A DNA stretch of 64,000 bases from an uncultured delta proteobacterium. Lineage in GTDB: Bacteria > Myxococcota_A > Polyangia > Fen-1088. How positions within the stretch are numbered: the first letter of the stretch is position 1; every line of letters starts with the position of its first letter. The translations under genes were made by a program, and so were the position numbers. The notes under the pieces were generated by a model. That model was not told where the DNA came from. It saw only the letters and a program-made list of their open reading frames with translations, and did no database searches. The stretch is taken from positions 176,457 to 240,456 of the forward strand of contig CAWCMR010000022.1 of NCBI GenBank assembly GCA_963796685.1. Reading direction: 5' to 3'. Of the stretch, positions 41,615 through 52,575 are shown one piece after another.

Positions 41615-43834
41615 ATGTTCTCGCATCTGCACATGATTCCGCTCTTGCCGCTCCTCGGCGCGGCGTACCTGATTCTGTTCGGCCGGCGCCACTCGCGCGC
41701 GGTCGTGCAGACCATCGCCAGCCTGGCCGTGTTCGCCTCGTTCGTGGTTTCGGCCGACGCCTTCTTCTCGGGGTTGCCCGCCTCGGTCCACCAGGGCGGC
41801 CTCTCGGAGACGGTCTACAACTGGTTCTCCGCCGGCAGTGTCGACGTCGATCTGTCGCTGCGCATGGACCCGCTGTCGGGGCTTCTTTGCCTGGTGGTGA
41901 CCTTCATCGGATCCCTCATCCACGTCTACTCCGCCGGCTACATGGCCCACGACGAGGACTACCCGCGCTTCTTCGCCTATCTCAACCTCTTCTGCGGCGC
42001 CATGCTGATGCTGGTGCTGGGCGACAGCCTTCCCGTGGTGTTCATCGGGTGGGAAGGCGTGGGCCTGTCGAGCTACCTGCTCATCGGCTTTTGGTACAAG
42101 GAGAACGCCAACGCCAGCGCGGGCAAGAAGGCCTTCATCGTCAATCGCATCGGCGATTTCGGGTTCCTGATCGGGATGTTCCTGCTCTTCCGTGCCACGG
42201 GCACGCTCGACATCCCCGCGATTCTGGGCTCGGCCCACCCGGGCAGCGCGCTTGCGGCGCCGCTCTGGCTGGGGCAGTCGGTCGCCTTCTGGGCGGGCGT
42301 CTTTCTCTTCCTGGGCGCTGCGGGCAAGTCGGCGCAGATCCCGCTTTACGTTTGGCTGCCTGACGCCATGGCCGGTCCCACGCCGGTGTCGGCGCTGATT
42401 CACGCCGCGACCATGGTCACCGCCGGCGTGTACCTGGTGGCGCGCATGTCCGCGGTCTACATGCTGGCCCCGGCCGCCCTGGCCATCGTCGCCGTGGTGG
42501 GCGCGTTGACCGCCATGTTCGCCGCCATCATCGGCTTCGCCCAGAACGACTTCAAGAAGGTGCTGGCCTATTCCACCATCAGCCAGCTCGGCTTCATGTT
42601 CGTGGGCGTGGGCACCGGCAACTTCGCCGCCGGCATCTTCCATCTTTTCACGCACGCCTTCTTCAAGGCCGGGTTGTTCCTGTGCGCCGGCTCGGTCATG
42701 CACGCCATGAGCGGCTCGGGCGACATCACCAAGATGGGGGGCCTGGGCAAGAAGCTGCCGTGGACCGCACGGACGTTCCAGATCTTCTGGCTTGCCATCT
42801 GCGGTGTCCCGATCTTTTCGGGCTTCTTCTCGAAGGACGCCCTGGTCGACGGAGCCTTCGCGACCGAGGTCTATGGCCACGGCCTGGCGTGGGTGGGGCC
42901 GTTCGTCGGGGTCGCGCTTCTGGCCGCCGCGTTCGGCACGGCCTTCTATATGTCGCGCCTCTACTTCCTGGTCTTCACCGGTCCTTGCCGCGCCGACGAG
43001 GACGTCCAGCACCACATCCACGAGTCGCCCATTTCCATGGTGTTCCCTCTGGTGGTGCTGGCCGCGGGCGCGCTGCTCGGCGGCCTCGTCGGCGTGCCAC
43101 CCGCCATCCGCGAGCTCTTCGGCAAGCATGGCGAAAGCACGCTTGCGGTGTGGCTCGAGCCCGCCGTCGGCGCGCCCCTGGAGGTGGCCAGTCGCACCGA
43201 GTGGATGGCCATGGGCTTCTCGACCGCAATCGCCCTGGCGGGCATCGGTCTCGGCTATGCGTTCTTCGGGGGTGGGTACCGCGCGCCGGCGCGCGCTTTT
43301 GCACGGAGGTTCCCCGGCCTTGTGTCCCTGGTGCGCGACAAGTTTCGCATCGACGAGCTGTACGGGTTCCTCATCATCCGCCCCGTGCAGGCTATCTGCC
43401 GCCTGGTGTTCCAGGTCGTGGACCGCATCCTCATCGACAAGATTCTGATTGGCGGCTGGGCCTTTCTGACCGACATGGCCGGCCGTGTGCTTCGTTTCTT
43501 CCAGGCCGGCGACGTCCAGCGCTACCTGGCGGTGTTCGCCATCGGGCTTTCGGTCATGGTGTGGATGGCCGCCCGACCGGCCGCACCCGACGAGGTCCGG
43601 CTCTTGGTCGAGGGCAACACCGTGGCGGTCAGCCTGGTCGATCCCGAAGCCGCCGGTGGCGATCTGACCTACAGCTTCGATTTCGACGGCGACGGAATCG
43701 CCGATCGCCAGGGCAAGAGCCCGAGCGCAACCTGGACCTTCAGCGGCCCCGGCCGCTACACGATCCGTATCGTCATCGAGGATTCGCGCTGGCACACCCG
43801 GCGGACCATCAAACGGGACACCGAAATCCGATAA
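41615..43834 (+). CDS. nuoL: NADH:quinone oxidoreductase subunit L with C-terminal PKD-like domain
   Basis: GKSAQIPLYVWLPDAMAGPTPVSALIHAATMV, HAFFKA; extra tail TYSFDFDGDG..TFSGPGRYTI. Confidence 0.93.
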   Translation: MFSHLHMIPLLPLLGAAYLILFGRRHSRAVVQTIASLAVFASFVVSADAFFSGLPASVHQGGLSETVYNWFSAGSVDVDLSLRMDPLSGLLCLVVTFIGSLIHVYSAGYMAHDEDYPRFFAYLNLFCGAMLMLVLGDSLPVVFIGWEGVGLSSYLLIGFWYKENANASAGKKAFIVNRIGDFGFLIGMFLLFRATGTLDIPAILGSAHPGSALAAPLWLGQSVAFWAGVFLFLGAAGKSAQIPLYVWLPDAMAGPTPVSALIHAATMVTAGVYLVARMSAVYMLAPAALAIVAVVGALTAMFAAIIGFAQNDFKKVLAYSTISQLGFMFVGVGTGNFAAGIFHLFTHAFFKAGLFLCAGSVMHAMSGSGDITKMGGLGKKLPWTARTFQIFWLAICGVPIFSGFFSKDALVDGAFATEVYGHGLAWVGPFVGVALLAAAFGTAFYMSRLYFLVFTGPCRADEDVQHHIHESPISMVFPLVVLAAGALLGGLVGVPPAIRELFGKHGESTLAVWLEPAVGAPLEVASRTEWMAMGFSTAIALAGIGLGYAFFGGGYRAPARAFARRFPGLVSLVRDKFRIDELYGFLIIRPVQAICRLVFQVVDRILIDKILIGGWAFLTDMAGRVLRFFQAGDVQRYLAVFAIGLSVMVWMAARPAAPDEVRLLVEGNTVAVSLVDPEAAGGDLTYSFDFDGDGIADRQGKSPSATWTFSGPGRYTIRIVIEDSRWHTRRTIKRDTEIR

Positions 43835-43849
43835 GCCAACTACACGTCC

Positions 43850-45492
43850 ATGACCAGTCTTGCTCTCACGACCTTGTTGCCGCTCGTCGGCGCCCTCGTG
43901 GCGCTCGTGCTTCCACGCAACGACCAGAAGCTGTCGCGTGGTTACGGCATCGCGGTGGCGCTGGCGACCTTCCTGCAGTCGCTGTTCGTGCTGGCGGCCT
44001 TCGAGCCCGGCCAGGCGGGATTCCAGCTCGAAACCAACTGGGCCTGGGTTCCGACCCTGGGCATCCATTTTCACCTGGGCGTCGATGGCATCTCGCTGTG
44101 GCTGATGCTGCTGTCCACGTTGATGGTGCTTTTGACCCTGCTGTCGCCGCAGGCCACCGGGTTCGTGCGCGATCGCAACCGCGGCTTCGTGGCCGCCATG
44201 CTGATGCTCGAATCGGGCATGATCGGGGCCTTTCTCGCGCTCGACATGTTCGCCTTCTACGTGTTCTGGGAGCTGATGCTGATACCGATGTACTTCATCA
44301 TCGGCATCTGGGGCGGCGAGCGCCGGGTCTACGCCGCCATCAAGTTCATGATCTTCACCTTGACCGGCTCGCTCTTGATGCTGGCCGCGATCCTGGTCAT
44401 GGCCGCCACGGTCCACAAGGTGACCGGCCAGTGGAGCTTCGACTACACCACATGGTCGAAGCTGCTTCTGCCGCACGACACGCAGCTTCTGTGTTTCGGC
44501 GCCTTCGCGCTGGCCTTCCTCATCAAGGTGCCGCTCTTTCCGCTGCACACCTGGTTGCCCGATGCCCACGTCGAGGCGCCCACCGGCGGCTCCGTGATTC
44601 TGGCGGCGGTCCTGCTGAAGCTCGGCGCCTACGGGTTCCTGCGTTTCGCGCTGCCGTTCTTTCCCCTGGCCGCCGACGAGGCCGCGCCGCTCATCGCCTG
44701 GCTGGCCGTGATCGGCATCGTGTACGGGGCGCTCATGGCCTACGCCCAGGACGACATCAAGAAGCTGGTGGCCTATTCGTCGGTCTCGCACCTCGGGTTC
44801 GTGGTGCTCGGGATTCTCACCGTCACCGCGACCGGCGTCCAAGGCGGCCTGTACCAGATGCTCGCGCACGGCATCTCCACGGGCGGGCTCTTCCTCGCCG
44901 TGGGCATCCTGTACGAGAGACGGCACACGCGCAAGCTATCGGATTTCGGCGGCCTGTGGGCGCGAATGCCGGTCTTCGCCGCGTTTTTTCTCGTCATCGT
45001 CCTCGCCTCGGTCGGTCTGCCCGGTCTGTGCGGCTTTCCCGGCGAATTCATGGTGCTCATCGGAACCTTCAATGCCGGCAAGGTCTGGCACGAGCTCGGC
45101 ATCGCGCCGGCCTTCGCCCATCCCGCCCTGCTGGCCGCCATCTCGGCCACGGCGGTCATTTTGGCCGCGGTCTACCTGCTCACCATGTTCCAGAGGGTCA
45201 TGCTCGGACCGCTCGACAAGCCCGAGAATCGCGATGAAAAGGTGCGCGACCTGTCGTGGACCGAGAGGCTGGTGTTCGCCACCATCGTGGTGCTGGCACT
45301 CGGCATGGGTATCGCGCCTGGCCCCATCTTGAATCGCAGCGCGGCCTCGGTGGACGCGACGCTGGAAAGCTATCGCGGACGTCTCGCCGCCGCGCGCAGC
45401 AACCCCGAGGCGCCGCCGCGCATGTTCGGCCAGAGCGATTTGCGGCGGCCATTCGGCCCCCCAGTCGGGCACGCGATGCCCAGGAGGCGGCC

Positions 45493-45496
<4 letters not shown>
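43850..45496 (+). CDS. nuoM: NADH:quinone oxidoreductase subunit M
   Basis: IKVPLFPLHTWLPDAHVEAPT, AYSSVSHLG. Confidence 0.95.
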
Positions 45497-46998
<1,502 letters not shown>

Positions 46999-47253
46999 AC
47001 CAGTAGACCAGCAAGCCGGGGGCGTGAGCGCCGGGCGTATCGCGTCTTGCCCAGGCTCGGGTAGATCGGCGCGAGCCGGCGAGGTAGGTGGCCGACCGTC
47101 GGGCAGGCGGGTTTTCCAACGCAGAAATATCCCCATCGTTTCCCCTAAGCCCAAAGCTGCACGCACTGGTACAATCCGCAAATGGGGTTGCTTAGAAACA
47201 GCGTGGCTGACATAGCATCGAGTTGCCTGGTTGAATGTGGTCGCGGAGAAGAC

Positions 47254-48465
47254 ATGCCTACCATGCAAAGAAATTCGAAAGCGTTTTGGTACAGTGTAGC
47301 GGTGACGCTTGCCCTTTGCGCGGGGATGTTTCCCATCGCCTGCGGCGGTGGCGGCACGGGAACGGCAGGAGCCGGCGGCGTACCAGGCAGCGGTGGAACC
47401 TCGGCCTCGGGCGGGGAATCCGGCGGCGGAGGAGCCTCGGCCTCGGGCGGAACTGCTCTGTCCAGCGGCGGTGCGGTTTCGGGCGGCAGCGTGGGCTCGG
47501 GAGGAATCGCAACCGGCGGTCGGCTTGGATCCGGTGGCAGCAGCGCCAATGGAGGCTCAGCGGGTGTGGCTTCGGGCGGAAGTGCGGGTCAAGGCGGTGC
47601 AGCCGGCAGCGGTGGCAACAGTGGATCAGGTTCCGGGGGTTCCGGATCGGGAGGCAGCACTGGTCAGGATGGTGGCGCCGACGTCGCCCCGCGCCTGGAC
47701 GGAATCGCCGAACGGCCGAACAACGAAGTCCGCCCCGAAGTCGCGGACACGAGCTCGGCCACCGATGCCGCGAGCTATCAGCCGTGCACCAGCAGCCCGT
47801 GCAAGATTTTGCCTCTAGGGGATTCGATCACGGAAGGCTGTTGCACTGCACCCGAAGGTGGTTATCGCATCGAGCTATTTACGAAGGCGGTGAACAGCAA
47901 ACAGAACATCACGTTCGTGGGGGGAACGCTTAGCATTGGAGACGCGAAGCCCAACGGTCCCACGACGGTCGCTGGGCAAACATTTCCGCAGGGAAACGAA
48001 GGCAATGGCGGGTACACAATCGCCAGTCCTTCCTCCAAGGGAGGGATAGCCGGTGCGATCACCGATCAGTCCTGCTCGACCTACAAGCCGGACATCGTGC
48101 TCTTGATGATTGGCACGAACGATATTCTCCAGAACATCGACCTCGGCAATGCCCCAACGAGGCTCGGGAGTCTGATGGACGAGATCATGACCGATGCCCC
48201 GAGTGCGCTCCTCGTCGTATCGTCGATTCCTCCCTGCTGCAACGACACGACCGTCCAAGCCTATAACGCGACTATTCCAGACATGGTGAAGACCCGTGCC
48301 CAAGCCGGCAAGCACGTGCTCTTCGTCGACGCTCACGCGGCGTTCATCAAGGATGCGAATTACAAGACCGACTACATTTCCAGCGACGGGCTTCACCCGA
48401 GCGCCAACGGGTATGCGGTTGTCGGCGATCTGTTCTACGGGGCCATCAGCCCATACCTGCCCTGA
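47254..48465 (+). CDS. SGNH/GDSL esterase (CE3-like) lipoprotein with Gly/Ser-rich linker
   Basis: LPLGDSIT, MIGTND, DGLHP; lipobox PIAC. Confidence 0.88.
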   Translation: MPTMQRNSKAFWYSVAVTLALCAGMFPIACGGGGTGTAGAGGVPGSGGTSASGGESGGGGASASGGTALSSGGAVSGGSVGSGGIATGGRLGSGGSSANGGSAGVASGGSAGQGGAAGSGGNSGSGSGGSGSGGSTGQDGGADVAPRLDGIAERPNNEVRPEVADTSSATDAASYQPCTSSPCKILPLGDSITEGCCTAPEGGYRIELFTKAVNSKQNITFVGGTLSIGDAKPNGPTTVAGQTFPQGNEGNGGYTIASPSSKGGIAGAITDQSCSTYKPDIVLLMIGTNDILQNIDLGNAPTRLGSLMDEIMTDAPSALLVVSSIPPCCNDTTVQAYNATIPDMVKTRAQAGKHVLFVDAHAAFIKDANYKTDYISSDGLHPSANGYAVVGDLFYGAISPYLP

Positions 48466-48496
48466 CCTCCACGGCCGTCAGGCTTGACCCTCAGGC

Positions 48497-48520
48497 ATAT
48501 CTATAGAAATCTATGGATAT
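48497..48520. promoter_or_regulatory. Inverted repeat ATATCTATAGA-aa-TCTATGGATAT over the antitoxin start (probable autoregulatory operator)
   Basis: 11-bp arms with one mismatch; TTGACC at 48484. Confidence 0.55.
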
Positions 48521-48746
48521 TCCTACATTGTCCGTGCACCTGCCTGCGCTGCTCTACAAGAAGGTCCGCGCCGCTGCCAAGCGCGCCAAGCTGAAGCCAT
48601 CTCAGTTTGCCCGCAAGGCGGTCGAGAACGAGTTTCGGCGCATGCCTCCTGCGTTGACCATGGGCGCGCTGATCCGTACCGCCAGACTTGCGCCAGGCTA
48701 CGATCCTGCAGCACCTGTATTCGACGACAGCGACTGGCAACAATGA
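48513..48746 (+). CDS. Ribbon-helix-helix antitoxin
   Basis: TLSVHLPALLYKKVRAAAK..PSQFARKAV; overlaps the start of a PIN gene. Confidence 0.7.
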   Translation: MDIPTLSVHLPALLYKKVRAAAKRAKLKPSQFARKAVENEFRRMPPALTMGALIRTARLAPGYDPAAPVFDDSDWQQ

Positions 48747-49026
48747 CGGAGAAGCAGGCCTATCTTCTCGACACGCACGCCGCGATTTGGTTGCAGGTTG
48801 AGCCTTCGCGTCTTGGTGCGCGCGCCAGTCGGGCACTCGCGGAGCCGATCCACCGTACCTGGTTGTCCAGGAGATCCCGCTGCGAGGATTGCAGCAGGTG
48901 GAATCCCATCTCGACCGCCTTGTCCCGGCGCCGCAGGTCGAGCCGGCGGTGCCGAACGCCAACCCGCTGCGCGGCCTGCTGCACGTCTCGATCATCATCG
49001 AGCGGACCTACAAGCTCAAGCCGTAG
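48743..49026 (+). pseudogene. Truncated VapC/PIN toxin joined to an unrelated 3' fragment
   Basis: YLLDTHAAIW..RL..RTWLS, then similarity is lost at about 48868. Confidence 0.68.
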
Positions 49027-49201
49027 TTTATAAAAGGAAGACTTTTGTAAGGTCAAGTGTTCGCCTGCGGCAGCCCGCTTCGGGGTCACGGTCGACAACG
49101 CCGGTCACCGATTCGTCGCGGTCACCACGGTGGCCGCCTGAGGCAGGAGCGTCCAAACAAAGAGACGGGCGCCCTGGGGCGCCCGTGGGTGGATGACAAT
49201 G

Positions 49202-50296
49202 TTACTTGGCGGACTCCTCGATGCCGCGCGCGGCGGAGGCCACGCCCGAGCGTGCGGTCATGTAGTCGTTGACCGCGGTGAGGAAGGTCTCGAGGTCTTC
49301 CTTCTTCTTGCCCTTGCGCGACTTCTTGCCACAGCTTTCCCAAGCCTGCAGCTGGCGCATGTCCTCCTCGAGGAATTGCTTGTGCGAGGCCTTCCAGGTG
49401 GGGACCGACTTGGGATCGACCTTGGCGTCCTTGTCTGCGACCACCAGCAGGGGGCCGCAGTCCTTGCGCACGCGATCCATGAACACCACCGGATCCTTCT
49501 TGAAGCACTGGTCGCTCATGTATTCGAGGACCTCTTGCGCGTCCTTCATCTTGGCCAAGCCGGGGATGGCGCAGTAGAGGAACTTCTCGTAGGCCGCGGT
49601 CTCGGCGGTGATATCGGGCGTGGTGTGCCAGGCCGTGCCGAGCTCTTGGATGAGCTGGTCGGTGTCCTTGGTGGTGCCGCGCTTCTTGATGTTCTCGATG
49701 TAGTCCTCGAGCCCCGACTGCAGCTTGGGCAGGGACTCGCGGTACTTGTCGATGGGGCCGGCCAATTCGGCGGGGGCGTCGCGCAAGCCGCCGAAGGCCT
49801 GGCGTGCGCGCTCGATCTTGGGAATGCACTCGGTGGTGAGGTAGTCGGCGTAGGTCTTCTGCTGGGTGAAGTAGGCGGATTCGATGCGCTGCTGGAATTG
49901 CTCACCCTTCTGGAACATGCCGATGTCCACCTCGCTGGCCATCACGCAGTTCCAGAACGCGCCAGTCTCGCGCTTTTCCAGCTCGACGAACCTCTCGGCG
50001 AAATTCAGCTTGTCTTGCGCGGCGGCCTTGCGGTTGCGGTCTTGCACTTGCTTGAAGACGACGAAGCCTAGGACGATCAGCACGATGCCGCCGATGATCA
50101 TGCGATTGCGCCGGCGAACAGCCTCGCGGGCCGCCATTTGCCGGGCGTATTCCTCGACGCTGTCGATGCCACCGGGGCCGCCGGGAGCGCCTCCCGGATA
50201 ACCGCCGGGGACGGCTGCGGGAAGAGGGGTGCCGCACTGGGAGCAAGTCGTTGCGCTGGGTAGATTCTGGTGTCCGCATTTTGGACAGGAAACCAT
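49202..50296 (-). CDS. Zinc-ribbon, single-TM protein
   Basis: CPKCG-x9-CSQCG, TM helix, helical C-terminal domain; AAAGGAG RBS. Confidence 0.75.
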   Translation of the reverse strand: MVSCPKCGHQNLPSATTCSQCGTPLPAAVPGGYPGGAPGGPGGIDSVEEYARQMAAREAVRRRNRMIIGGIVLIVLGFVVFKQVQDRNRKAAAQDKLNFAERFVELEKRETGAFWNCVMASEVDIGMFQKGEQFQQRIESAYFTQQKTYADYLTTECIPKIERARQAFGGLRDAPAELAGPIDKYRESLPKLQSGLEDYIENIKKRGTTKDTDQLIQELGTAWHTTPDITAETAAYEKFLYCAIPGLAKMKDAQEVLEYMSDQCFKKDPVVFMDRVRKDCGPLLVVADKDAKVDPKSVPTWKASHKQFLEEDMRQLQAWESCGKKSRKGKKKEDLETFLTAVNDYMTARSGVASAARGIEESAK

Positions 50297-50339
50297 CGTG
50301 CTCTCCTTTGTTAAACGCGGCGCGACGGGCGCCACAAGG

Positions 50340-51644
50340 CTAGCCCTTTTTAACAGATTGCTTGGAAAACACGGCCCAAGATTTTAGATAGTCGAGGGCA
50401 ACCTGAAGCTGGTAGTCGGAAAGACGTTTGACCACTACCGCCTTTTCGCCTTGCTCGTTGCGTAAATGGCGGTCGAAATTGCGTTCCCGAGGCATTTCCC
50501 CCTCGGTGGTGTCGGCCGGCGGGGCGGTGGCGTCGACCATGATGTTGGGGATGATGCCCTGGCCCTGGATTGAACGGCCACTCGGCGTGTAGTAGCGCGA
50601 GACCGTCAGCTTGAGCCCGCACGGCTTCGGCCCGCAGCCGTCGATGGTCATGACGGTCTGGACGGATCCCTTGCCGAAGGTCGTGGTGCCCAGCACCACC
50701 GCGCGTTCGTGGTCCTGAAGCGCGCCAGCGACAATCTCGGCGGCCGAAGCCGTGGCTTCGTCGACCAGCACCACCATGGGAAAGCCCAGCCACGTGCCGC
50801 GGCTGTGCGCCATCTGGCGATCCATTTCCTTGCCTGCCTTGCCCACGGTGCGCACGATGAGGCCATCGGCGATGAAGCGGTCGGCGACCTTCACCCCCTG
50901 GTCGAGCAGGCCACCGGGGTTGTGGCGCAGGTCCAGGACGATGCCCTTGATGCCGCCGGTCTTGTCGGTCTGGCGCTTGATGTCCTCCAGGCCCTCGAGC
51001 ACCTTGGCGTCGGTGATGGACGAAAACACGCGCAGCTTGATGTAGCCGTAGCCATCGCCAAGCACCCGCCACTCGACGGCCTTGACCTCGAATTTTTCGC
51101 GCTTGATGTGGAAGGCGAGGGGGCGGCCGCGCCGGCTGATCGAGAGCGTGACCTCGCTGCCGGCGGGTCCTTGGATGCGCGCGATGGCATCGTTCCAGTC
51201 GAGCGGGCCGGCCTCGACCCCGTCGATGCGCTCGATGACGTCGCCGGTTTGGATGCCCGCGCGCCAGGCCGGCGAGCCCTCGATGGGCGAGACCACGACG
51301 AAGCCGCGCTTGCGCTTCTCGAGATCGATGCCGATGCCGGTGATCTCGGCGTTGCCCTCGGTTTCCTGCTTGAGCTTTTCGTATTCATCGGGATCCATGA
51401 AGCGCGAGTGGGGATCCAGGACATCGGTAAGGCCGCGGGCCGCGCCGTACATCAGCTCGGTCTCGGAGACGTCCTCGACGTAGTTGTTCTCGATGTAGGC
51501 CAGCACCTTGGTGAAGATGGTGAGCTTGTGGTAGGGGTCGAACCGGCCGGCGACAAGGGGGCGCGCGACCACCATGCCGCCGGCGAAGGCGGCAAGGGTC
51601 AAAAGCGCGGGGACAAGGAGGCGAGAAAAACGTCGACGTTTCAT
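50340..51644 (-). CDS. ctpA: S41 carboxyl-terminal protease
   Basis: LDPHS, PDZ GIGI, LDLRHNPGG, ASAAE, TFGKGSVQ. Confidence 0.93.
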   Translation of the reverse strand: MKRRRFSRLLVPALLTLAAFAGGMVVARPLVAGRFDPYHKLTIFTKVLAYIENNYVEDVSETELMYGAARGLTDVLDPHSRFMDPDEYEKLKQETEGNAEITGIGIDLEKRKRGFVVVSPIEGSPAWRAGIQTGDVIERIDGVEAGPLDWNDAIARIQGPAGSEVTLSISRRGRPLAFHIKREKFEVKAVEWRVLGDGYGYIKLRVFSSITDAKVLEGLEDIKRQTDKTGGIKGIVLDLRHNPGGLLDQGVKVADRFIADGLIVRTVGKAGKEMDRQMAHSRGTWLGFPMVVLVDEATASAAEIVAGALQDHERAVVLGTTTFGKGSVQTVMTIDGCGPKPCGLKLTVSRYYTPSGRSIQGQGIIPNIMVDATAPPADTTEGEMPRERNFDRHLRNEQGEKAVVVKRLSDYQLQVALDYLKSWAVFSKQSVKKG

Positions 51645-51682
51645 GCCCCGGCATTATGGCATGGCCACGGGTCCGGCTACCG

Positions 51683-52460
51683 CTACTTGTAGCTCATCAC
51701 CACGACAGCGGCCGCGGGCTTGTAGCGCAGCCCCGTGATGGCGATGCGGTTGCCCTGCTCGCGCCGGACGTTGGTGCGTCCGGCCAGAAAGGCATCCACG
51801 GGCGCCAGGTCCTTCATGGTCACGACATCGGTCTTGTAGTGCATGGGGACCACGCTCAGGCGCGGCCGGAATCTGGTCCACCACGTGCGTGGCTTCCTGC
51901 GCGTCGATGGTGGTTCCGCCGCCCACCGGCACGAGCACGACGTCGACCGAGCCGATGTCCGAGATCTGCTGGTCCGTCAGGGGATGGCCGAGGTCGCCGA
52001 GGTGCGCGATTCGCACGCCGCCGGTTTCGAAGATGAACACGGTGTCGAGCCCGTTTTCGGCCCCGCGCTTGGTGTCGTGGTACACGCCTACCGAGCGCAC
52101 CGAGATGTCCTTGATCTTCTCGTCGATCTTCATCCAGCCCTTCTTGTCGGCGGTCAGTCCGCGCAGAATGCGCGGCTTGCCCTGCACGAGCGCCACGTTG
52201 TTGTGATCGGAGTGCTCGTGGCTGATGGTCACCGCGTTGACGTGCAGGTCGGCGGGCGGCTGATAGCCGATGTTGGTCGGGATGGGATCCATGAGGATGC
52301 GCGTGCCGCTGGCGCTCTCGAGCATGAAGCAGGACTGGCCGTACCACGTCAGGTAGGCCACCGGGTGCGAGCCGGCGTGCGCCGGGGCGATACACGCGGG
52401 CGCAAGCACCGTGACCGCGAAAAGAAGGCAAGAGACCAGGCATCGCCACGTTCGGGACAT
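51683..52460 (-). CDS. Metallo-beta-lactamase-fold hydrolase (apparent frameshift near 51868)
   Basis: WYGQSCF, SHEHSDHN, HLGDLG; the conserved VPMHYKT tail is in another frame. Confidence 0.8.
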
Positions 52461-52575
52461 GGGATGAGTTAAGCACAACCTACCTGCCACGCGCCGGGTT
52501 TCGACGCTAGACTCTGTGTGCTTGTCCGAGATTGACGATCCACCCTTTGACGTGCCCCAGCTGCGCGACGCGGAA

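Noticed and set aside
47340-47680. Gly/Ser-rich repeats as a novel repeat element
   Set aside because: An ordinary low-complexity linker of myxobacterial lipoproteins, also seen near 24040 and 55640
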